Positions 55,675 through 64,000 of a stretch of 64,000 nt of DNA are shown here, piece after piece. The first letter of the stretch is position 1. Every line of letters begins with the position of its first letter. This DNA comes from an uncultured Lachnospiraceae bacterium. GTDB taxonomy: Bacteria > Bacillota > Clostridia > Lachnospirales > Lachnospiraceae. The notes under the pieces were generated by a model. That model did not search any database and was not told where the DNA came from. It worked only from the letters and a program-made list of their open reading frames with translations. Both the position numbers and the translations under genes were made by a program. Location of the stretch: NCBI GenBank assembly GCA_964421915.1, contig CAYQZB010000005.1, positions 18,761-82,760 on the forward strand, given 5' to 3'.

Positions 55675-57353
55675 CTTTTTAATAAAGTGTTTTCTGTCGG
55701 TGCGGTATATCTGCTTCTGATGATTTTTTGGGAACTTGTTTTTTCAAATTCTTCGGAAACGATCTCATAATCATCAATACGCATATATGGGGGAAGCGTG
55801 CGGTTGATTGCTTCGATATCCTTTTTTAATTGATCGATTTTGCCTTCATTGCAGGCCTTGTCCTGATTATCAGCGCTGTTGTTATTGCCTTCATTGCCTT
55901 CAATGACGGCAATAAGTATTTTGGCGATAATGATCTCTGCGGAGTTTCTGACGTCTGCCATCACCAGACATTCCTTGACATAGGGAAGCCGCAGCAGTTT
56001 TTTTTCTACGGCTTCCGGCGAAAAGTTTTTTCCGTTTTTTAATATGATCAGATTCTTTTTACGTCCTGTGACATACAGAATGTCACCTTCCAGATACCCG
56101 ATATCTCCGGTTTTGTAATATCCGTCCACGAAAGAACGCTCGGTTTCCTCTTTGTCGTTATAATAACCGGACATAACATTCCAGCCTTTTACTAAGATTT
56201 CTCCGTCATCCGCAATCTTAACTTTTGTTCCCTGGATAACAGCTCCTGCGCTGCCCCGGATATTATTCCTGTCCCGGTTGACGCTGATCAGCGGCGCACA
56301 TTCTGTCATGCCGTAGCCGTTTAATACGGTAATTCCGATTTCCTCAAATCTGTCAACATAGACGGGATCCAAAAATGCACCCCCGCAGACGATGATCCGA
56401 AGCCTTTTATTGATCAGATTTTGAAAAAGAAGGTGTCTGATATCAAGATGGCATTTCCTTAATCCGTTGCTTATTTTGATCAGTCCGTAAAGCAGCTTTT
56501 CTTTCTTTCGGCGTCTTGCTTCGCGGATGATATTTTTATAGATCCCCTCCAGCATAACAGGCACAACGCCGATATAATACGGGTTGTAATACTTAAAATC
56601 CTTTGCAATATCCTTTAACGCCATATTAATGCATACCGTATCCCCGTTATAAAGCGGTGATAAAAGGTCGGGGTGGAATCCGTACATATGGCTCATCGGT
56701 AAAAGCTGCAGCATGGGGGATTCCAGATGCATGTATAATAAAGGCGCCCGCAGATTGGTAACGATATTACGTTGGGATAGCATGGCTCCCCTGACTGCGC
56801 CGGTAGTTCCGGAAGTAAATGCCAGAACGGAAAATTTATGGCTGTCCGTATGCTCCGTATCCCTAAAAAATGAGTCGGGAGCGTAATGCTCCTGCGTGAT
56901 CGTCTGATAGTCGGCATCTATATTGATCAGTCTTAGTGTATCTTTGCCCGATAGAGCATCCAGTTTTTCTTTGGTTTTATCTGTATAAAATAACACTTTA
57001 ATGTCAAACTTTTCAATCAAGGAAGCCAGACCGTCAGCGGTAAGCTCCCGGTCAATCGGAGCGATGACATTCTGAAATACGCCGGCAAGATAGATCGTGA
57101 TATACTCATACCGATTCTCGGATAGTATGCCTATGTTGCTGTTTTGGATATCATTCTTTTTATAAAAATGATAAAGATCAGAAATCTGCCGGATCAAGGC
57201 GTCATAGGTAATACTTGTTTCCTTCCCGTTTTTTCTGAATCTTATAGCCGTTCTTTCAGAATAATTGTCATATATCCCTTTAAGCAGCTCGTGGAAATTA
57301 TCATATTTTACAACGTCGTAATCGCCGGGCGGCATATGTTTTGTTTTTTTCAT
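55671..57353 (-). CDS. AMP-forming acyl ligase (FadD/FAAL-like), probable acyl-ACP loading enzyme
   Basis: 'FTSGTTGAVRGAMLSQRN', 'NGYGMTECAP', 'YYKTGDIGYL', 'GRKKNLIILKNGKNFSP'. Confidence 0.85.
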   Translation of the reverse strand: MKKTKHMPPGDYDVVKYDNFHELLKGIYDNYSERTAIRFRKNGKETSITYDALIRQISDLYHFYKKNDIQNSNIGILSENRYEYITIYLAGVFQNVIAPIDRELTADGLASLIEKFDIKVLFYTDKTKEKLDALSGKDTLRLINIDADYQTITQEHYAPDSFFRDTEHTDSHKFSVLAFTSGTTGAVRGAMLSQRNIVTNLRAPLLYMHLESPMLQLLPMSHMYGFHPDLLSPLYNGDTVCINMALKDIAKDFKYYNPYYIGVVPVMLEGIYKNIIREARRRKKEKLLYGLIKISNGLRKCHLDIRHLLFQNLINKRLRIIVCGGAFLDPVYVDRFEEIGITVLNGYGMTECAPLISVNRDRNNIRGSAGAVIQGTKVKIADDGEILVKGWNVMSGYYNDKEETERSFVDGYYKTGDIGYLEGDILYVTGRKKNLIILKNGKNFSPEAVEKKLLRLPYVKECLVMADVRNSAEIIIAKILIAVIEGNEGNNNSADNQDKACNEGKIDQLKKDIEAINRTLPPYMRIDDYEIVSEEFEKTSSQKIIRSRYTAPTENTLLKR

Positions 57354-57522
57354 TTTTTTATTTTACCATAACTACAGTGTATTTAATAGAAAAAAATTAT
57401 TTTTAGAAATCGGGATAAAGAGAAATATAACAGATATAGTGGCAGGAGATATGTCTATATACAAAATATGGAAATCCATTTTCCGTATTTATGAAATAAT
57501 TGTGAATACCTTGATTTGGTAT

Positions 57523-57551
57523 TTGACAGCGGTATTCTGTAGTCATAAAAT
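57523..57551 (+). promoter_or_regulatory. Sigma-70-type promoter for the RND operon (TTGACA-17 nt-TAAAAT)
   Basis: TTGACA at 57523-57528 and TAAAAT at 57546-57551. Followed by the inverted repeat GATATAAT..ATTATATC at ~57575-57596. Confidence 0.5.
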
Positions 57552-57682
57552 AGATATGTTATTGTGAGATATAATTGAGATATTATATCCCAAAAGGTTA
57601 CTGAATATAAGATGTACTAATGCAGGATCGGATGTATACGCTGATATTGGATAAAATTTGGATGAAAGGTATGGATGGTGAT

Positions 57683-59350
57683 ATGAGAAAAAGATGGATA
57701 GCAGATATGATGGTAGTATGCATGATCGTATGTGCTTTTGCATTTTCAGGCTGCGGCGCGGCGGATACGGCAGCTTCGCTGATATCCGGAGAGACGGATA
57801 CGGCGCTTCTTGAAGTGGATACGGTGAATCCGCTGATTACGGATATTTCTGTAGAAGGTGAATATGTAGGCATTTTGGAGTATGAAGATCAGGTATCTGT
57901 GGTTCCGTTGCTTAATGGAGAAGTAACGGCAACTTATTTTGAAGAGGGTGATTACGTTGAGGCGGGTGATCTGTTATTCACCATTGATGACGAGGCATAT
58001 CAGCTCCAGCTTAGGAATGCGCAGATCGCGTACCAGCAGGCGCAGTCGGGAATTGATTCCCAGTTAGGCCAGCTGCAGATGGGCAGGGATTCTGCCGTCA
58101 ATACGGTATCTTCAGCACAGGAGGGGATCAGCCAGATTCAGGATTCCTACGATTTTTTTAACAGTCAGCTTGCGGATTTAGATGCGTCGAAAGCTGATCT
58201 TGCAGAAGACAGGGCGGAAATGAAGGAGGATCTTCTGGAGGTCAGGGATCAGATTTCAGACCTTGAAAAAAGCATAGCGAGTATGCAGAGTGAATATAAC
58301 GATATGTATGCCGCATATGTAGCTGCAGAGACCCAGTATAAGATACAGGAGTCACAAAAAAATTCCATGGAAGGATCGATATCGGAAGGCTCAATACCGG
58401 AAGGTGTTATGCCTGACAATATGAATGTGAATATAATTACGGAGAGTGATTTGATCAAAATGGATACCGCATGCGATCAGCTCTCCAATGCATTAAGTGC
58501 GGCAAGATCTATGCTGTCCAGTCTGCAAAGTGCGGAGAAACAGCTGGATAGTGCGATCGCCCAGTATGACAGCAGTATGGACCAGATAGATTCCTCCAAG
58601 GACAGTATCATATATCAGAGGGATAACCTTGATTATAATATGGAACAGGCGTTACGGGGGGAACAGCTGGCACAGGCGCAGCTGGATTATTATGATAATT
58701 ATACGATACCTTCCGCGCAGATGTCTGCTACGACGACACTGCAGCAGGCGCAGCTGGGGATCGATTCGGCGCGGCTTCAGTTAGGCTACACACAGGTGAC
58801 GGCGCCGGTATCCGGCACGATCCTGTCTAAAAATGTAGAGGAGCTTGGAATCGCGCAGATGGGATATCCGGCATATGTGATCATCAGTGATGAAGGAACG
58901 ATAGCGTCCTTTGGCGTACCGGAAAGCACGTATCGTATGCTGTCGCCGGGGCAGGAAGTCAGAGTGGAAAGAAACGGCGTGGTCTATGACGGCAGTATTG
59001 TAGAGATTCCCCTGCAGGTCAATCCGCAGACGGGATTATTTACGATCAAGGCTGCTTTGAAGGGGGATACAGATCAGCTGATCATGGGCACCTCCGTAAA
59101 GGTTACGCTTGCGGTAAGGCATACGGAACGCGCATTGACGATACCTATCGACTGTGTCTATTATGAAGGCGGCGAGGCTTATACCTATGTGCTGGAGGGC
59201 AATATCGTCCGGAAGGTATCCATAGAGACAGGTCTTTATGATGGTGTGAATATGCAGATACTGAGCGGCATTACAGAGGATATGCCGATCATTACGACAT
59301 GGTCGTCTGATCTGAGAGATGGACTGGAAGTTAAGGTAAGCGGCGAATAA
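57683..59350 (+). CDS. RND efflux periplasmic adaptor (HlyD/MFP family) lipoprotein
   Basis: Lipobox 'AFSGCGA'. Long coiled-coil. 'YTQVTAPVSGTILS'. The start is chosen at the ATG preceding the signal peptide. Confidence 0.8.
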   Translation: MRKRWIADMMVVCMIVCAFAFSGCGAADTAASLISGETDTALLEVDTVNPLITDISVEGEYVGILEYEDQVSVVPLLNGEVTATYFEEGDYVEAGDLLFTIDDEAYQLQLRNAQIAYQQAQSGIDSQLGQLQMGRDSAVNTVSSAQEGISQIQDSYDFFNSQLADLDASKADLAEDRAEMKEDLLEVRDQISDLEKSIASMQSEYNDMYAAYVAAETQYKIQESQKNSMEGSISEGSIPEGVMPDNMNVNIITESDLIKMDTACDQLSNALSAARSMLSSLQSAEKQLDSAIAQYDSSMDQIDSSKDSIIYQRDNLDYNMEQALRGEQLAQAQLDYYDNYTIPSAQMSATTTLQQAQLGIDSARLQLGYTQVTAPVSGTILSKNVEELGIAQMGYPAYVIISDEGTIASFGVPESTYRMLSPGQEVRVERNGVVYDGSIVEIPLQVNPQTGLFTIKAALKGDTDQLIMGTSVKVTLAVRHTERALTIPIDCVYYEGGEAYTYVLEGNIVRKVSIETGLYDGVNMQILSGITEDMPIITTWSSDLRDGLEVKVSGE

Positions 59351-59466
59351 ATCACCGCTTTCTTAGAGGCTCCGGCGGATACGCACGGATCTGCAAAGAA
59401 ACATGCTGCATTACGGAATAAATTGCTTACGCTTTGACGCTCAGGGTGTGGCAGAGATGAGGAATC

Positions 59467-62400
59467 ATGCACAATTTTACTAAATTATGTTTAAAAAAAC
59501 CGGTATCCACGGTTATCATTATTATGGCATTGGTCATTTTCGGCATTGCTTCGGTTCTGGGTATGAATATGCAGCTGACGCCGGATATGCAGCTGCCGAT
59601 GATCATTGCCTTTACAGTGTATCCACAGGCAGGACCGGAGGAAGTGGATCGTCTGGTGTCACAGGAGCTGGAGCAGGTGGGCGCGACCATTGAAGGTTTG
59701 AAAAGCGTAACCTCCCAGTCCATGGAAAATATTTCCTATATGATCTATTCCTTTGAATACGGAACGGACATAGACGAGGCATATACGGATCTTCAGCAGG
59801 AGATCAATACGATCAAGAGCAGTCTGCCGGATGAATGCAGCGATCCGATTTTGATTGTCATGGATATCAATGCCGCGCAGTCTATGACATTGTCGATTAC
59901 TTCCGACATGGGGGCGGATGTCCGTTCCTTTGTAAATGATTCTTTGGAGCCTGAGATCGCGTCGATTCCAAACGTAGCAAGGACGGCAGTAACCGGCGGT
60001 CAGGAGGACTATATCCGGGTACAGGTCGTTCCGGAGCTTCTGTCGGAATACGGATTGGATATGGCGACGCTTGTTACATATATCACATCTTCAGATTTTT
60101 CAATTCCCGCAGGTACGGTGGATATGGGATCCCAGACATTAAACGTCAATACAAAGGTTGCGTATGAGAGCATCTATGACTTAGAGGATATCCCGATCCT
60201 GACAGCAAGAGGCAGCACGATCCATTTAGGAGATGTTGCAGTGATTTCTTTTGCCAGGAAGGATGCGGATTCCATCAGCCGCTATAATGGCGAGGATAAT
60301 GTAACGCTGGATATCACAAAGAAACAGGGTACGAATGCGGTAGAGCTTTCCCGTGATGTGAAGAAGGTCATAGAGAAGATGGCGGTGGATTATCCGAAAA
60401 TGCAGGTCAATATCATCTATGACAGTAGCGACTCCATCATCAGTTCCCTGACCAGCGTAGGGGAGACGCTTGCGCTGGGCGTTGTGTTTTCTATGGCGGT
60501 ATTGTTTATCTTTTTCGGTGATTTTAAGGCAAGTCTGATCGTCGGCAGTTCCATGCCGGTATCCCTTCTGGTAACGCTGCTTTTGATGGGTGCATGCGGG
60601 TTTTCTTTGAATGTCGTTACGCTGGGAGCTATGGTTATCGGCATCGGTATGATGGTGGATAACTCTATCGTTGTATTAGAGATGTGTTTTCAAAAGAGGG
60701 ATCAGGGGTATTCCTTTGAAGAAGCCGCGTTGAGTGCGGTCAAGACCGTGGCGATGTCTATTACGGCATCTACGATCACGACGATCGTTGTGTATCTTCC
60801 TCTGGCATTGATGAAGGGGCTTTCGGGACAGATCTTCGGACAGCTGGGATTTACGATCATCTTTTCGCTGACGGCATCCCTGATCGCTTCGGTAACGCTT
60901 GTTCCGCTTTGCTTTGCGAAATATCATCCCATTGAGAAAAAGAAATTTATCATTGCCCGCGGTGTAAAATGGTTTTCTGAGAAATACGGTAAGTTTTTGA
61001 GTAAGGTGTTGAATAAAAAACTGATTGCGGTTCTTGTGACAGCAGCGATCGTGGCGTTGACTGCCTTTGGCATCACACAGCTACATACCCAGCTGATGGC
61101 GCAGTCGGATGAGGGAACGATCGCCATGTCGGTTAATGTAAGGCCGGGATTGGGACTGGAAAGCAAGGATGCAGTATTGCGTGAACTGGAAGCCTTTGTG
61201 GCTGCAGATCCGGATGTGGCCAATTATAATGTCAGCGCTTCGGATGGCACGTCAACAATCAGCGTGACGGCATATCTGAGGAAGGACAGATCGCGGGCTA
61301 CGATAGAGATCGTGGATGAATGGAATCTTGCACTGGCGGATATGAAAGACGCGGAGGTATTGTGTACTTCCACCAGCACCATGTCTATGGGCTCGATGGG
61401 AACGGATTCCAAGGAGATCGATATCCGGTGCGCCGGTCTGGAACAGTTAAAGGTGGCTTCCGTGCAGATAGCGCAGGCGATTCAGGATGTGCCGGGCGTA
61501 GTCAATGTCAGTACGGATTTTGAAGATTCCTCCAATAAGGCGGAGATCGTTATCGATCCGGTAAAAGCCACGGGAGCAGGTATCCTTCCGGCGCAGGCGG
61601 CATCAGCGCTTTATGCTGCCAAAAACGGTACGGAAGCCATGGATCTTGCAATCAATGAAAAAGATTATACGGTGATCGTGGAATATCCGAAGGATCGTTA
61701 TGATACGATTGCCGATCTGATGAATATGCAGCTGACAAGCAACTTTGGTACAGGTATCATCCTCTCGGATATTGCTGAAGTCAGATATACTGATAGTCCC
61801 CAGACGATTAAGCGTGCAGATAATTATTATCAGGCGGCGATCGTGGCAAGCCTGTCTGATGAATTAAAATATGAAGCCATGGATCAGATCGACGAGATCG
61901 TAGCCGGTATTAAACTGCCAAGCGGCGTATCATATGCGGAGGATCAATATACGGAGATGATGACGGAAGAATTTATGGCGATCTTTCAGGCAATTTTAGT
62001 TGCGCTATGGCTGGTATTCATGGTGATGACCATGCAGTTTGAATCAGCAAGGTACTCCGGAATGATCATGTTCTGTATCCCGTTCTCATTGATCGGTTCG
62101 GTGGCTATGCTCTGGATCACCGGTATTCCGCTGGATATGACTTCCATGATGGGATTGTTGATGCTGGAAGGTATCGTGGTAAATAACGGTATTCTGATGG
62201 TCGATACCACGAATCAGAATCTGGAAGAGGGCATGCCGGTGAATGAGGCGCTTGTGGAAGCAGGTAAGTCAAGGCTTCGCCCGATCCTTATGACGACGTT
62301 GACGACGATCCTTTCCATGGTGCCGATGGCGCTTGGCATTGGCTCCAACGGCCAGCTGATGCAGGGTATGGCGATGGTTATCGTCGGCGGTCTGGTTGCT

Positions 62401-62499
62401 TCAACATTGTTGACGCTGATCCTTCTGCCGACCTTCTACCTGATCATTAGGAAGCGACCAAAGAAAAGAAGAGTGAAAAGAGTTACCGAGGGAGATTAG
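59467..62499 (+). CDS. RND efflux permease (AcrB/HAE family)
   Basis: 1010 aa with a 12-TM layout and two large loops. 'GIGMMVDNSIVVLE' and 'LMLEGIVVNNGILMVD'. Confidence 0.9.
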   Translation: MHNFTKLCLKKPVSTVIIIMALVIFGIASVLGMNMQLTPDMQLPMIIAFTVYPQAGPEEVDRLVSQELEQVGATIEGLKSVTSQSMENISYMIYSFEYGTDIDEAYTDLQQEINTIKSSLPDECSDPILIVMDINAAQSMTLSITSDMGADVRSFVNDSLEPEIASIPNVARTAVTGGQEDYIRVQVVPELLSEYGLDMATLVTYITSSDFSIPAGTVDMGSQTLNVNTKVAYESIYDLEDIPILTARGSTIHLGDVAVISFARKDADSISRYNGEDNVTLDITKKQGTNAVELSRDVKKVIEKMAVDYPKMQVNIIYDSSDSIISSLTSVGETLALGVVFSMAVLFIFFGDFKASLIVGSSMPVSLLVTLLLMGACGFSLNVVTLGAMVIGIGMMVDNSIVVLEMCFQKRDQGYSFEEAALSAVKTVAMSITASTITTIVVYLPLALMKGLSGQIFGQLGFTIIFSLTASLIASVTLVPLCFAKYHPIEKKKFIIARGVKWFSEKYGKFLSKVLNKKLIAVLVTAAIVALTAFGITQLHTQLMAQSDEGTIAMSVNVRPGLGLESKDAVLRELEAFVAADPDVANYNVSASDGTSTISVTAYLRKDRSRATIEIVDEWNLALADMKDAEVLCTSTSTMSMGSMGTDSKEIDIRCAGLEQLKVASVQIAQAIQDVPGVVNVSTDFEDSSNKAEIVIDPVKATGAGILPAQAASALYAAKNGTEAMDLAINEKDYTVIVEYPKDRYDTIADLMNMQLTSNFGTGIILSDIAEVRYTDSPQTIKRADNYYQAAIVASLSDELKYEAMDQIDEIVAGIKLPSGVSYAEDQYTEMMTEEFMAIFQAILVALWLVFMVMTMQFESARYSGMIMFCIPFSLIGSVAMLWITGIPLDMTSMMGLLMLEGIVVNNGILMVDTTNQNLEEGMPVNEALVEAGKSRLRPILMTTLTTILSMVPMALGIGSNGQLMQGMAMVIVGGLVASTLLTLILLPTFYLIIRKRPKKRRVKRVTEGD

Positions 62500-62640
62500 A
62501 TTGAAAAATAAGATTGATATCTTATTTTTCAATCTGCAATTTGAGTCAGAGCCTCAAATTGCTTTGATCGCAGATGAGAAACCGCCTGCGCGGATTTCTC
62601 ATCGCGTGTCATCACAGCAAGCTGCTCTGACATGGAGGAT
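62500..62640 (+). repeat. Modular hairpin repeat/leader, copy 3 (most complete: H1, H2, H3, H4, RBS)
   Basis: H1 at 62500-62533 has a perfect 15-bp stem. H2 is GCAATTTGAG..CTCAAATTGC. H3 is GATGAGAAACCGC..GCGGATTTCTCATC. H4 is TGTCA..CAGC-AA-GCTG..TGACA. GGAGGA then precedes the ATG at 62645. Starts one base after the RND stop codon. Confidence 0.85.
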
Positions 62641-62644
62641 AAAT

Positions 62645-64000
62645 ATGAAAGAACGGCTTCGGATCAGACCCGTCTGGACGCTGCGGCGATATAATATCCG
62701 CAATCTTCCGCAGGATCTTCTTGCGGGCGTGATCATTGCGGCTGTTTCGATCCCGATCTCTATGGGTTATGCGCAGATCGCGGGGCTTCCCGGTGTTTAT
62801 GGCTTGTATGGCTCCGTATTTCCGATCCTTGTTTTTGCACTGTTATCCACATCACCGCAGTTTATCTTTGGAGTAGATGCCGCGCCGGCAGCGATCGTCG
62901 GGGCGGCGCTTTTACAGCTTGAAGTCATTCCGGAATCAGAGCAGGCGTTGGAGATCGTTCCGTTGATCACGCTGTTTACCGCAATGTGGCTGCTGCTCTT
63001 TTTCTTCTGTGGCGCGGGAAAGCTTGTTAATTATATCTCCATGCCTGTCATGGGCGGATTTATCACGGGCATCTGCTGTACGATCGTCTTGATGCAGCTG
63101 CCGAAGATGATGGGCGGAAGCTCCGGTGTAGGCGAGCTGTTTGAGCTGGCGTCGCATCTGATACATACATGCAGAGAGGTACACTGGCTTTCTCTTGGTC
63201 TTGGACTGTCTGCTTTGTTCATTTTATTACTTTCCAAAAAGCTGATACCAAAATTTCCTATGGCAGTCGTTGTCATGGCAGTAGGAGCTATCCTTTCCGT
63301 AACGTGTGATCTGAAAGAAAGGGGTGTCGCTCTGTTGCCCGGTGTAACACCGGGACTTCCGGCATTTTCTTTTCCGAACTTGGGCGCGGTGGAGCATTCG
63401 GACATCATCGGCATGAGCATGACGGTTGCCATCGTGATCATGGCGGAGACGCTGCTTGCAGAGAATAATTTTGCCCATAAGAATGGCTACCGACTGGAAG
63501 ACAATCAGGAGATTCTGGCGTTTTCTATGGGGAATCTGGCGGCGGCATTTACCGGCTGCTGTCCGATCAATGGTTCCGTATCCCGGACGACCATGGGAGA
63601 ACAGTACGGTGCAAAGAGTCAGCTGACAGGGATTGTGGCAGGACTTTTGATGATTGTCGTGCTTTTGTGGGGAAGCGGATTTATCCAGTATCTTCCGGTG
63701 CCGGTGCTGACGGCGATTGTGGTGAGCGCACTGATGGGCGCGATGGAGTTTCACCTTGCGGGGAAGCTGTGGAGGGTGAACCGGACGGAATTTTATATTT
63801 TTATGGGAGCCTTTTTGAGCGTGCTTTTTCTGGGTACGATCTACGGCGTCATCGTCGGCATCGTTCTTTCTTTTGTCAATGTGATCGTAAAGTCCGCCGA
63901 TCCTCCCAGATGCTTTCTGGGTATCCTGCCCGGACATACTGATCTTGTTGATATTTCCAAATATAAACATATCTATCCGATTGAAGACATTGTGATCTAT
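62645..64000 (+). CDS. SulP-family anion transporter, 3' end beyond the window (not in the ORF track because no stop is reached)
   Basis: Hand translation MKERLRIRPVWTLRRYNIRNLPQDLLAGVIIAAVSIPISMGYAQIAGLPGVYGLYGS... and later 'DNQEILAFSMGNLAAAFTGCCPINGSVSRT'. Both are SulP hallmarks. The long minus-strand ORFs here are shadows. Confidence 0.85.
   Translation, partial: MKERLRIRPVWTLRRYNIRNLPQDLLAGVIIAAVSIPISMGYAQIAGLPGVYGLYGSVFPILVFALLSTSPQFIFGVDAAPAAIVGAALLQLEVIPESEQALEIVPLITLFTAMWLLLFFFCGAGKLVNYISMPVMGGFITGICCTIVLMQLPKMMGGSSGVGELFELASHLIHTCREVHWLSLGLGLSALFILLLSKKLIPKFPMAVVVMAVGAILSVTCDLKERGVALLPGVTPGLPAFSFPNLGAVEHSDIIGMSMTVAIVIMAETLLAENNFAHKNGYRLEDNQEILAFSMGNLAAAFTGCCPINGSVSRTTMGEQYGAKSQLTGIVAGLLMIVVLLWGSGFIQYLPVPVLTAIVVSALMGAMEFHLAGKLWRVNRTEFYIFMGAFLSVLFLGTIYGVIVGIVLSFVNVIVKSADPPRCFLGILPGHTDLVDISKYKHIYPIEDIVIY

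Noticed and set aside
63227-63970. 247-aa minus-strand ORF (and 63031-63441, 62936-63184) at the right end
   Set aside because: It is antisense to a convincing SulP transporter frame that is open from 62645 to the window end. Its H/R/K-rich low-complexity translation is typical of shadow ORFs.

Overview
This looks like a low-GC Gram-positive chromosomal segment, probably Clostridia/Lachnospiraceae-like. That assignment is inferred from gene content, GGAGG-type RBSs and AT bias, and was not verified by any search. Most of the window is accessory. Contents from left to right:
- A 5'-truncated ImmA-Fic fusion gene and an LMW tyrosine phosphatase.
- An ~11 kb Tad/Flp (type IVc) pilus locus at 2.5-13.2 kb. 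It has two prepilin peptidases, TadZ/A/B/C, a 55-aa Flp pilin that the ORF track missed, TadE-like pseudopilins and several locus-specific extras.
- An HtrA-like protein whose catalytic triad appears degenerate.
- Housekeeping yhaM and rlmD.
- An ~11.3 kb AT-rich island inserted in the 3' end of rlmD (17.9-29.2 kb), bounded by a 19-bp direct repeat. It carries a TmrB-like ATPase, a BcgI-like nuclease-methylase plus S subunit, a DGQHR(DndB-like)/NDT-like fusion protein and three unknown small or membrane proteins. It also holds a decayed mobilisation/integration module: a mobC pseudogene, dinD and a truncated serine recombinase.
- A patch of pseudogenes at 29.4-31.2 kb.
- Assorted accessory genes: CPBP proteases, REC-PAS-GGDEF, VanZ, AraC+GH16, a macrodomain protein, sfsA, a flavodoxin-like protein, a PD-(D/E)XK transposase-like gene with a triplicated C-terminal cassette, and an AKR.
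- An ~11 kb minus-strand orphan biosynthetic operon: acyl-AMP ligase, ACP, two GNAT/FemAB-like acyltransferases, four B12-type radical SAM paralogues, a SAM methyltransferase and DegV.
- An RND efflux pair and a 3'-truncated SulP transporter.

A modular multi-hairpin repeat that ends in an RBS occurs four times, each time directly upstream of an unrelated gene. No rRNA, tRNA or CRISPR array was seen. The strongest candidates for undescribed biology are the radical-SAM lipid-type operon, the DGQHR-NDT protein coupled to the RM system, and the hairpin repeat family.
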